Under the pieces are notes generated by a model. The model made no database searches. It was not told the DNA's origin and worked only from the letters and a program-made list of their open reading frames with translations. This document shows, piece after piece, positions 1 to 8,136 of a DNA stretch of 35,817 bases. The position numbers were made by a program, and so were the translations under genes. Position 1 is the stretch's first letter. Every line of letters begins with the position of its first letter. This DNA comes from Dehalococcoidia bacterium (GTDB lineage: Bacteria > Chloroflexota > Dehalococcoidia > Plut-88900). The stretch is taken from positions 1 to 35,817 of the forward strand of contig CBDFLQ010000002.1 in assembly GCA_965249275.1 (NCBI GenBank), read 5' to 3'.

Positions 1-161
1 CCCGGGAACAGCTGGACGTTTTGGAACCCATCGGGGCAAAGGTATCGATTTAAGGTCAGGTACGGTAAGTGGATTGAATCGCCGTAACGCCATCGCTAGA
101 CTTAGTGCGTAGCGAGCTTCGCAAGTGACGGAACCAGACCTCACCGGGATGGCTTTAGAGA

Positions 162-1481
162 ATGGGTGTCGATATCAAACAACTGGTGGACATGGAGCGG
201 GGTCTGATCGACCGCAGGATATTCGCCGATCGGGAGATCTACGATCTGGAGTTGGAGCGGATTTTCGCCCGTTGCTGGCTGTTCTTGGGACACGAGAGCC
301 AACTGCCCAACCCCGGGGACTTCATCACAACCTACATGGGTGAGGATCCGATCATAGTGAGCCGAGATTGAGACGGGAAGCTGGGCGCCTTCATCAACAT
401 GTGCCGGCACCGGGGCAACCGGGTCTGCCGAGCGGACCGCGGGAACGCCACGTACTTCACCTGTTCCTACCACGGGTGGGTCTACAACAACGCAGGGACA
501 CTGGCCTCGGTGCCTAGTTGGAAAGAATCGTATTTCGAGGAGCTGGAGTTGTCCCAGTGGGGGCTGGTCCCAGTCGCACAGTTGGACACCTACAAGGGGC
601 TTATCTTCGCCACCTTTGATGTCGAGGCTCCCACGCTGCTGGAGCACCTGGGAGACATGGCCTGGTACCTGGACCTCATGCTCGACCGGCGAGAGGGCGG
701 CGTGGAGCTTATAGGAGGGGCTCACCGATGGGTGCTGGAGTCCAACTGGAAGGTATCCGCAGAAAACTTTGTAGGGGATATGTATCACGCATATCCCTCG
801 CATTAGTCCGCCATCAAGGCGGGCTGGAACTCCGGCGATGAGGCCGAGGGCCCCATCTTCCAAGGCTACCAGGTATCACCGGGCAATGGACACGGCCTGG
901 GGATATTCTACTTCCGGGAGGGTGAAGAGGTCTGGTCTCGCGGCGACTATCCTGATGATCGGGAATACGCTAAGGCCATCGTGGAAGAGGTGGAGGCGCG
1001 TCTGGGCCGGGTCCGGGCCCGCAAGATCAGACCCAATCACGGTACGGTGTTTCCCAACCTGTCGTTCCTTCCCAACGGCACCCTGCGCATATGGCACCCG
1101 CGGGGCCCGGGAAAGATGGAGATCTGGGCATGGACCTTTGTGGATAAAGCCGCTCCTCCCGAGGTCAAGGAAGCTCAACGGATTAATATAACGCAGACTT
1201 TTTCGACCGCAGGGACATGGGAGCAGGACGACATGGACAACTGGATGCAGGTTACCCGTTCCGGACGAGGCGCCGCTTCAAGACGAATACCCGCTAACTT
1301 CCAGATGGGTATTGGACACGAGACGACGCACCCGGATTTTCCGGGCAGGGTGGGGGAATTCTACAGCGACATCAACCAGCGCTCCATGTACCAGCGCTGG
1401 GCCGAGCTGATGGCTGCGGAGTCCTGGGGAGAAGTGAGTGATTCCGCTCTTAAAGTGGAGACAGCCCAGCATGTCGGATGA
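162..1481 (+). pseudogene. Rieske aromatic ring-hydroxylating dioxygenase alpha subunit, interrupted by in-frame TGA (369-371) and TAG (804-806)
   Basis: ORFs 162, 399 and 981 share one frame and read continuously across the stops (IIVSRD*DGKLGAFINMCRHRG; DMYHAYPSH*SAIK). Rieske CRH...CSYH, mononuclear-iron DxxH...H and EQDD motifs are present. Confidence 0.85.
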
Positions 1482-1977
1482 CCTGCGGAATGAGGTCGAA
1501 GACCTCCTGTACGAGGAGGCGGAGCTCCTGGATGAGCGCCGGTTCCACCAGTGGCTGGACCTGTTCACCGACGATCTACACTACTGGATGCCGGTGCGAG
1601 AGAACAGGAACAGCAGAGAGGTGGCGGAAGAGCTGTCCAAGCCCGGCGAAACGGCCTTTTTCAAGGACACCAAGGAAACCCTGCGGATGCGGGTCGCTCG
1701 TCTGGATACCGGGACCGCCTGGGCGGAGACCCCACCCTCTCGAACGCGGCATCTGATCTCCAACATCCGAGTAAAAGGCGCCAATGGGCACTCCGAGTTT
1801 GACGTACATTCCAACTTCCTGGTCTACAGGACCCGCCTGGACACCGACCAGGACATCTACGTCGGCACCCGGCAGGACACCCTCAGGCGGGTCGATGGCC
1901 GGCTGAAGATCGCCAAGAGGACTATCATTTTGGACCAGACGATACTGGATGCCAGAAATATCAGCATCTTCCTGTAG
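1471..1977 (+). CDS. Ring-hydroxylating dioxygenase beta subunit
   Basis: LYEEAELLD, WLDLF..D..YWMP, WAETPPSRTRHLISN and C-terminal NISIFL motifs. ATG 1471 overlaps the end of the alpha gene. Confidence 0.93.
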   Translation: MSDDLRNEVEDLLYEEAELLDERRFHQWLDLFTDDLHYWMPVRENRNSREVAEELSKPGETAFFKDTKETLRMRVARLDTGTAWAETPPSRTRHLISNIRVKGANGHSEFDVHSNFLVYRTRLDTDQDIYVGTRQDTLRRVDGRLKIAKRTIILDQTILDARNISIFL

Positions 1978-2022
1978 GAGAGGACAAAGAGGGCTTGCTC
2001 GAAGCAGGCGACGGAGGAGACT

Positions 2023-2490
2023 ATGGTCAAGCCCAAAAGACTCGGACACCTGGTGCTTTCGGTTCGCGACCTCGATACATCCGTCAGGTTCTACGAGGAT
2101 ATCCTAGGTCTTCACGTCACCAACGTATGGCCGGGCCGGGTGATATTCATGAGCTCAGGGGAGGACTCGTCCCACGAACTGGCTCTGATCTCCGTGGGGC
2201 CCGACGCCCCGGGCCCGGAGCAACGCCGCGTAGGGCTCAACCACTTTGCCTGGGAGATGGAGACTTTCGAGGACCTGCAGGAGCTGTATCTGGACTTGAA
2301 GCAAAAGGACGTGAAGGTCTCCATGGTGGACGATCACGGGATATCGCTCGGGGTCTATTTTTTCGATCCCGATGGAAACATGATTGAAGCCTTCAACGAA
2401 CTGCCCAGAGACCAGTGGCCCACCGAGGGCGACCTCTTCGGTGGCACGTTTCCCCACACTCTGGCGGAGCGAGCGGCCTCTACTCCATAA
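2023..2490 (+). CDS. VOC/glyoxalase-fold protein, probable small extradiol ring-cleavage dioxygenase
   Basis: LGHLVL, HELAL, GLNHFAW, DHG..VYFFDPDGNMIE motifs; GGAGGAG RBS; follows the dioxygenase genes. Confidence 0.8.
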   Translation: MVKPKRLGHLVLSVRDLDTSVRFYEDILGLHVTNVWPGRVIFMSSGEDSSHELALISVGPDAPGPEQRRVGLNHFAWEMETFEDLQELYLDLKQKDVKVSMVDDHGISLGVYFFDPDGNMIEAFNELPRDQWPTEGDLFGGTFPHTLAERAASTP

Positions 2491-2572
2491 CCACGCCGGA
2501 TGACGGTCTCATAGGGTGCGTGGACAATGCCGAGGTCGGCCTAAGCGGGTGGGTTATGAGTACAGTACGTGG

Positions 2573-2648
<76 letters not shown>

Positions 2649-2660
2649 AATCAGGGGTCG

Positions 2661-2689
2661 AATATAGCAGGGCTTTGATAGGGGGTCAA
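2661..2689 (-). promoter_or_regulatory. sigma70-type promoter of tRNA-Ala
   Basis: Minus strand TTGACC-17 nt-TATATT with TG extension, just upstream of the tRNA. Confidence 0.7.
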
Positions 2690-2765
2690 TTACAGGTGAG
2701 CACCCTCGTATAGTACTTCGGGAGACCCTTCGTGGGGTTTGAGGGAACGGGGAGAGAAGAGCTGC

Positions 2766-3188
2766 CTAATCGGCAGCCGGGCGGAAGTAAGGGAGGGTGA
2801 CGCCTGCCTCGACCTCTTCGAAGACAACTTCCACCCGCATCCCAATTCGCACGTCCTCTGCGGGGCAGTCAACGATGTGGCTTATCATCCTGACACTCTC
2901 GTCGAGGTCTACCATTATTACCGTCCACGGGACCCGGCCTCTCAGAGACGGGTGAATTGCCTGATGGGTCACCGTGTAGCTATACACCGTCCCCACCCCC
3001 GACACTTTCTTCCAACCCAACTCCTTACTCCGGCATCCTGGGCACATGGGCCTGGGGGGATGGCGCAGGGAGTCGCACTTTGGGCAGTGCTGGATGACCA
3101 ACTCGCCCCGGTTGCAGGCCTCCCAAAAGGCCCGGTTATCAATGGACGGGACGGGTATGGGGAGGGGTTGGAGAGTCTCTTCGGTCAT
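2766..3188 (-). CDS. DUF35 Zn-ribbon/OB-fold protein (ChsH2 C-terminal-like)
   Basis: FWEAC, CPKC..HPPRPMCPGC, GTVYSYT, IGMRVEVVFE; directly downstream of a thiolase-like gene. Confidence 0.92.
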   Translation of the reverse strand: MTEETLQPLPIPVPSIDNRAFWEACNRGELVIQHCPKCDSLRHPPRPMCPGCRSKELGWKKVSGVGTVYSYTVTHQAIHPSLRGRVPWTVIMVDLDESVRMISHIVDCPAEDVRIGMRVEVVFEEVEAGVTLPYFRPAAD

Positions 3189-3194
3189 TTCCAG

Positions 3195-4328
3195 TTACCT
3201 GCGGAGAATCATCGCGCCGACGCCCTCGCCGGTGTCTACCAGCACGAACTCGGCGTCCGAGACTTGTGCAGTGGAGCAGCCACGGAGCTGCCTGACGCCT
3301 TCGATAATATGGTTCACCGTGTGGACGTAAGCTTCCGATAGATGGCCGCCGGCGGTGTTGATTGGCAACTCGCCGCCAATCTCGATCCTGCCACCCTCAA
3401 CAAAGGCACCACCCTCCCCTTTGGCACAGAACCCGTAGTCCTCCAGGGCGAAGAGCACGAGTGCGCTGAAATGGTCGTAGATCTGGGCAGCATCGATGTC
3501 CTGGGGAGTTATGCCCGCCATGTCGAAGAGTCTCGGGCCCGAGACGGCAGCGACGGTCTGGGATATCGGCCCGTTCTCCAGGATCGGTGGGACTAGGCTC
3601 TGGGCAACGGCGGAAACGTATACGGGCCTTTGCCGCATGTCCTTCGCCCTCTCGGCGGAGGAGATGACTATCGCGGCGCCTCCGTCGGTCTCCAGGCAGC
3701 AGTCGAACAGGTGGAATGGATCATAGATCATTCGGGAGTTCTGGTGGTCCTCAATGGTCATGGGTCGGCCGTACATGATGGCTCTAGGATTCATGTTGGC
3801 GTGCTTCCGGCATGCGACCGATATGGCCCCGAACTGCGCACTCGTCGTGCCGTATTCGTACATGTGGCGTCGGGCGTACATTGCCAGTTGCTGGCCAGGG
3901 ACCAAGAGTCCGAAAGGCTCCATGAACGCCGCCTGACCCTGCCCTCGGCGCCCGGTTATCGCCCCAGACCCATACCGCTTCCCAGACCTCCCGTTCATCG
4001 CCCGGTAGAGCAGGACATTGTTGGCCATCCCGGTGGCCACCGCCATGCAGGCGTGGGCCACGAGCCCTCCGGCGGCGGTTCCCGTGTAGGCGAGCTCATC
4101 GAAGAAGGTGAGCTCGGGGATTCCGAGTGATGCGATGACCTCTTCTTCAGTGGTGGGGTCGACAACGAACCGGACCATGCCGTCGATGTCTTCGGGTTTA
4201 AGGCCTGCGTCATCTATGGCCTTCATGGAGGCGTCGATGACCAGGGACAGCTCGCTGCGTCCAGAGTCCTTCGAGTATTCGGTCTCACCGATGCCGACGA
4301 TAGCGCACTTATCTTTGAGTGTGTTCAT
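3195..4328 (-). CDS. Ltp2/SCPx-type thiolase-superfamily protein (probable aldolase)
   Basis: AIVGIGET, DCCLETDGG, IYDHF, NTAGGHLSEAY; no N-terminal thiolase Cys; paired with DUF35. Confidence 0.88.
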   Translation of the reverse strand: MNTLKDKCAIVGIGETEYSKDSGRSELSLVIDASMKAIDDAGLKPEDIDGMVRFVVDPTTEEEVIASLGIPELTFFDELAYTGTAAGGLVAHACMAVATGMANNVLLYRAMNGRSGKRYGSGAITGRRGQGQAAFMEPFGLLVPGQQLAMYARRHMYEYGTTSAQFGAISVACRKHANMNPRAIMYGRPMTIEDHQNSRMIYDPFHLFDCCLETDGGAAIVISSAERAKDMRQRPVYVSAVAQSLVPPILENGPISQTVAAVSGPRLFDMAGITPQDIDAAQIYDHFSALVLFALEDYGFCAKGEGGAFVEGGRIEIGGELPINTAGGHLSEAYVHTVNHIIEGVRQLRGCSTAQVSDAEFVLVDTGEGVGAMILRR

Positions 4329-4362
4329 CCGTTTTAGTATTGCGTTCGATTTAGGTCGAGGA

Positions 4363-5523
4363 TTACAAGACGCCCCGGCTGCGCAGGTCTTCGATCTTCT
4401 CGGGAGTCATGCTGGGCAAACGACCCAGGATTTCGCAGGTGTGCTCACCAGCCGCCGGAACCTTGCCTAAAGCGCCCTTGGTCTTGGAGAACTTAATGCT
4501 CAGGCCCGGGGCCATTATCTTTCCCTGGCCATCCTCAGTGGGCACCTCTACCATCATTTGACGCTCGGAGAGGTGGGGGTCTCGGGACATCTGGGCTGGA
4601 GTCTGCACAGGGCCGACGGGCACTTCGTTGGCGACGAGTTTCTCGGTTATATCGGCCACGTTATTCGAGGCGACCCATTCCGTGAGGAGTGCCAGGCGCT
4701 TGGCCTTCGAGCCTTCGTCGGCCTCGAAGCCAAGGATGCTGGGGTCTTCAGCAAGCTCGTGGCGACCCATAGCGATGAAGACTCGCGTCCAGAGGGTCCT
4801 GGAGGTAGCAGGGATGGTCACGTAGCCATCCTTGGCCTTATAGACGGAGGCGTAGTAGTCCTCGGGCCCTGCGCCTGTACCCATGTGGTGAGAGATGGGA
4901 ATTTCCATAAGGGTCACGCCCGTGTCCAGCAGGCTTACGTCGATCACCTGACCCTCGCCGGTAGCGTTGCGATGAATGACCGCCCCCAGGGTGCCAATGC
5001 AGGCATGGAGGGAAGTTATACGGTCGATGATCGGGGAGCCGGTAAGGACCGGGTGGCCTTCGTGGAGACCGGTTATCTCCATCAGCCCCGACATCGCCTG
5101 GCCGATGGGGTCGAAGGCAGGCCGGTTTCTGTAGGGACCATACTGCCCGAACCCCGACACTGAGGTCAGGATGATGTCGGGCTTGATCTTCTTGAGTTCC
5201 TCATAGGAGAAGCCCATCTTGGCGATGACGCCGGGCCTGAAGTTTTCGAGTACCACGTCGGCGGTCTTCACGAGCTCCCGGAAGATCTCCTTGCCCTCCT
5301 CGGTGCGCATGTTGAGGGTGATACTCTTCTTGCCTCGGTTGTAGACGGTGAAGTAGACGCTGGTGCCGTTAACCAGGGGAGCATGGGCTCGGGTCTCCTC
5401 ACCGCCGGGCTTTTCGACTTTGATGACCTCGGCGCCCATGTCGGACATAACCATGCCAGCCCGAGGCCCGGCTTGATACCGGGCGAGTTCCAGCACTTTT
5501 ATTCCGTCCAGACAGCCACTCAC
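4363..5523 (-). CDS. Family III (CaiB/BaiF) CoA-transferase
   Basis: LDGIKVLE, GAEVIKVE, NRGKKS, ENFRPG, GFGQYGPY; CAGGAGG RBS before GTG. Confidence 0.93.
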   Translation of the reverse strand: MSGCLDGIKVLELARYQAGPRAGMVMSDMGAEVIKVEKPGGEETRAHAPLVNGTSVYFTVYNRGKKSITLNMRTEEGKEIFRELVKTADVVLENFRPGVIAKMGFSYEELKKIKPDIILTSVSGFGQYGPYRNRPAFDPIGQAMSGLMEITGLHEGHPVLTGSPIIDRITSLHACIGTLGAVIHRNATGEGQVIDVSLLDTGVTLMEIPISHHMGTGAGPEDYYASVYKAKDGYVTIPATSRTLWTRVFIAMGRHELAEDPSILGFEADEGSKAKRLALLTEWVASNNVADITEKLVANEVPVGPVQTPAQMSRDPHLSERQMMVEVPTEDGQGKIMAPGLSIKFSKTKGALGKVPAAGEHTCEILGRLPSMTPEKIEDLRSRGVL

Positions 5524-5619
5524 CGCTCGGGCCTCCTGTAGTGAAATCTCACGAGACTGGGGTGCATCTTATCATATGGGGGTGGCTGGTCATCTGGCCG
5601 ATTCAATGTGCGATGTCAC

Positions 5620-6393
5620 CTACGAAAGGGATGCTAAGAAGTCCAGAAGTATCTTGTTGGTGGCCAGGGGTTGCTCTATGGACGGGTCGTGGCCGGCGTT
5701 TTTTATCCAGTGCACCTGTGAGCCAGATATGCCATCGTGGAGGGCCTGGGAGCCATCGACGTAAAGGTCTTCCTCGCCGCAGATCACGCAGGTCGGGACC
5801 TTTACATCACCGAGACGGGGCGCCTGGTTGAAAGCATTACACGCCTCCAGATCCCCGATCCCGACTGCCATTGGCGTCGATTTGTTGTTCCATTCATTGA
5901 GCTCAACAATGGCCCTCGGCGTGCTCTTCGAGAAGTTGCGCCCTGCGCTTTCTCTGACTGCCCGTTCGGGGTCGGTACGGTATATGTCAATGTAGTCTGA
6001 ATCGATGTTCCACTGGGGCGCCGAGCCGACGGGAATATAGGCCTCGACACCCGGGTAGTTCAGCGTAAAGTCCAACGCTATGGAGCCGCCCATAGAGTGG
6101 CCGGCTATCACGAAGCTCTCCAGCCCCAGGGCGTCTACAAAGGCCTTGACGAAGTCACGGTACTCCGAAACGTTCGTCGAACCCGATCCCTCGGAGTCTC
6201 CGTGGCCGGGAAGGTCCATCGCTATGGGCGTATGTCGGCGGGCAAGAGCCTGTAGCTGCGGCGCCCAAATCCGGTGATTGCTCCGCGCCCCGTGCACCAG
6301 TAGCACCGTCTTACCCCGGCGGTCACCGCCGGCCACATCATGAGGGGATGCGTAGAAGGCTCGTTTTCCATTTACCTGTATGTGTGTCATCAC
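5620..6393 (-). CDS. alpha/beta hydrolase
   Basis: LVHG, DLPGHG, GHSMGG nucleophile elbow, GEED and AGH triad residues. Confidence 0.92.
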   Translation of the reverse strand: MMTHIQVNGKRAFYASPHDVAGGDRRGKTVLLVHGARSNHRIWAPQLQALARRHTPIAMDLPGHGDSEGSGSTNVSEYRDFVKAFVDALGLESFVIAGHSMGGSIALDFTLNYPGVEAYIPVGSAPQWNIDSDYIDIYRTDPERAVRESAGRNFSKSTPRAIVELNEWNNKSTPMAVGIGDLEACNAFNQAPRLGDVKVPTCVICGEEDLYVDGSQALHDGISGSQVHWIKNAGHDPSIEQPLATNKILLDFLASLS

Positions 6394-6429
6394 TTCCCCC
6401 AGGACAGTTGGCTAATCTTCTATCGGTAG

Positions 6430-7203
6430 TCAGGACAGGGTGGCAAGATAGGCTCCAATGGCCTCGTTAAGCAAGGCGGGTTGCTCGATCATTACGGCGT
6501 GGCCCGCGGCAGGTATTATCTCGAAGGTCGTGTTCATAGCGCTGGCGTGGATCTGCCGCGAACCCTCTATCCACGTTTCCTCGTCGCCTGCGGCGACTAG
6601 GGCAGTGGCGCGAATCTCGCTAATTCGGCCTCCGAGATCGTATTTGTTGCAGTTCAAATAGTCCGCTATACAGGCCTCGGCGCTCTGACCCGCAAGCTGT
6701 TTGGCGTAGTCGTCCACTATCCGCTTGGGCGTCTTCTTCGAAACCAGGAGTCCGATGTTTGCGCTGTGGGCACTATCGGGGTCGGTCTTCCAGAGATCCA
6801 GGTCCCTTGCAGGCATCTCCCACTCGGGGCCCGCGCCAACAAGTATCAGCCCTTCGACATCTTCGGGATAGTGTATGGCGTAGTCTAACGCCATAGAACC
6901 ACCCATCGAGTGACCTGTGAAAACGAAGGGTGCCAGATCCATCACCTCTACGAAAGCCTTTATGAACTCTCGGAAGCGGGCCGGGTCGTCGATAGCCGGG
7001 CCTTGGGACTCGCCGTGGCCGGGCAGATCGATGGCCAGGGGAGTGTGATCCCTTTCGAGATAGGCATACTGGTGCATCCAGACACGGTGATTGTCAAAGG
7101 CACCGTGGACCATCAGGACGTTGTGTCCCTGGTGGACGCGGGCCTCGGCCTGTGCCGGAAATTGATAGTGGATGTTTCTGCCTTCGACCGTCGCGAAACC
7201 CAT
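6430..7203 (-). CDS. alpha/beta hydrolase (paralogue of the adjacent gene)
   Basis: MVHG, DLPGHG, GHSMGG, AGH; acid-residue region reads GDEE. Confidence 0.92.
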   Translation of the reverse strand: MGFATVEGRNIHYQFPAQAEARVHQGHNVLMVHGAFDNHRVWMHQYAYLERDHTPLAIDLPGHGESQGPAIDDPARFREFIKAFVEVMDLAPFVFTGHSMGGSMALDYAIHYPEDVEGLILVGAGPEWEMPARDLDLWKTDPDSAHSANIGLLVSKKTPKRIVDDYAKQLAGQSAEACIADYLNCNKYDLGGRISEIRATALVAAGDEETWIEGSRQIHASAMNTTFEIIPAAGHAVMIEQPALLNEAIGAYLATLS

Positions 7204-7240
7204 GGCTGTGCCTCGGCGTTGATGTGCTTAGGACAGGCTG

Positions 7241-7249
7241 ATTTTAGCA
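7241..7249 (-). promoter_or_regulatory. Extended -10 for the leftward hydrolase operon
   Basis: Minus strand TGCTAAAAT about 40 nt upstream of ATG 7203. Confidence 0.5.
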
Positions 7250-7319
7250 GACGGACGGGGTATACCTAAACCCTGTGTACTCGTTCGGTAGGTTAGTGAC
7301 ACACTGGCCTTTTCTTCAG

Positions 7320-7995
7320 TCCTCCAGAGGAGGATCTTCGATTGTGGGGTTTCGGTTTCCGTTCTGTCTGTTGGGTTTTGGGTTGGCGATGGAAGACGCT
7401 TGCTGGACGCTGCCCCTGTTCCTGTGCCTCGGGTGCTCCGACGCCCTGAGGCAAGGCCGCCGGCCCGCTTTTGCCGCTGCTGCGGCCTGTGGCCCTATAC
7501 ACGCTGGACACGGGCAGGGACCGTTAGGGCCACCAGGTCCGAGCCTGACTCCGTGGGGTTGGCTGCACCGCATAAGGGCGGCTAGGAGGCTCGCCCAGCG
7601 TCCGGGTGGAGCCTCTTGCAGGCGTAATATGTCCAAGTTTGCCGGTGCGACCCGGAGTGCAGGGACCACCGGCTCCCGGCTTGATTGAGCGGTCGGGGTA
7701 CCGAGAGTGCCTCGGCGCCGGGCCTATCCGACCGCTATTCCGCTTGAAGGAGCGGCTTCTCCGTTAGGAGCCTCACATGGAACGATAGCGAACCAGGGCG
7801 TCTTTCCATCGCCTGGGGGTCAGGGAAGGGTGCACGGGACCCGGTGGTGAGAGGAGATGGCGACTTTCGCTTGTGCCGCGGGCCTGCGCGGGGCCGTTGG
7901 GATGGGCTGAGGCGTTGAGTCCTCGGGTGGGTCGGGTGGGCTTCCCTAGTTTTTGATTCCTCCTTAAGGTGGTTGAGTGTGGTGGTCTAGACCTG
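7320..7995 (-). ncRNA. Candidate large structured non-coding RNA of unknown class (core 7385-7813)
   Basis: No credible ORF. A long terminal helix (7385-7426 with 7774-7813) encloses at least six hairpins. Near-consensus promoter at 8001-8030. Ends are approximate. Confidence 0.55.
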
Positions 7996-8000
7996 GCACC

Positions 8001-8030
8001 AATATAGAACATAAGTACTTGTAATGTCAA
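8001..8030 (-). promoter_or_regulatory. sigma70 promoter with a LexA-like (SOS) operator in its spacer
   Basis: Minus strand TTGACA-18 nt-TATATT. AGAACATAAGTACT at 8006-8019 is GAAC-N4-GTAC, one mismatch from GAAC-N4-GTTC. Confidence 0.65.
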
Positions 8031-8085
8031 GGGGCGAGATGTCACCCCTCTATGTGAACGGGATCACCCTGTCCACAATCGGCGA

Positions 8086-8094
8086 TGCTATAAT
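8086..8094 (+). promoter_or_regulatory. Extended -10 for the rightward CoA-transferase operon
   Basis: TGCTATAAT about 40 nt before TTG 8137. Confidence 0.6.
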
Positions 8095-8136
8095 CGCCCA
8101 CAATCCGGAAACCCCACCCTCACCTCGCGACCGACC

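Noticed and set aside
1-53. Possible 3' end of an upstream gene (REQLDVLEPIGAKVSI*)
   Set aside because: Too short to assign or to be sure of the frame.
369-806. Genome-wide stop reassignment, or Sec/Pyl, in the dioxygenase
   Set aside because: TGA and TAG end many normal genes in this window; the TGA is not at a Cys position; there is no convincing SECIS and no pyl gene in view.
7385-7813. RNase P RNA, tmRNA, SRP, 6S, group I/II intron or retron msr-msd
   Set aside because: No GAGGAAAGUCC/P4 signature, tRNA-like ends, SRP loop or intron core/domain V seen; too long for 6S; no reverse transcriptase in the window.
7275-8045. ORFs 7275-7688, 7293-7511, 7316-7669, 7400-7585 and 7773-8045 as proteins
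   Set aside because: Pro/Arg/Gly/Ala-rich, no recognisable motif, no paired RBS and start; 7773-8045 would begin upstream of the promoter.
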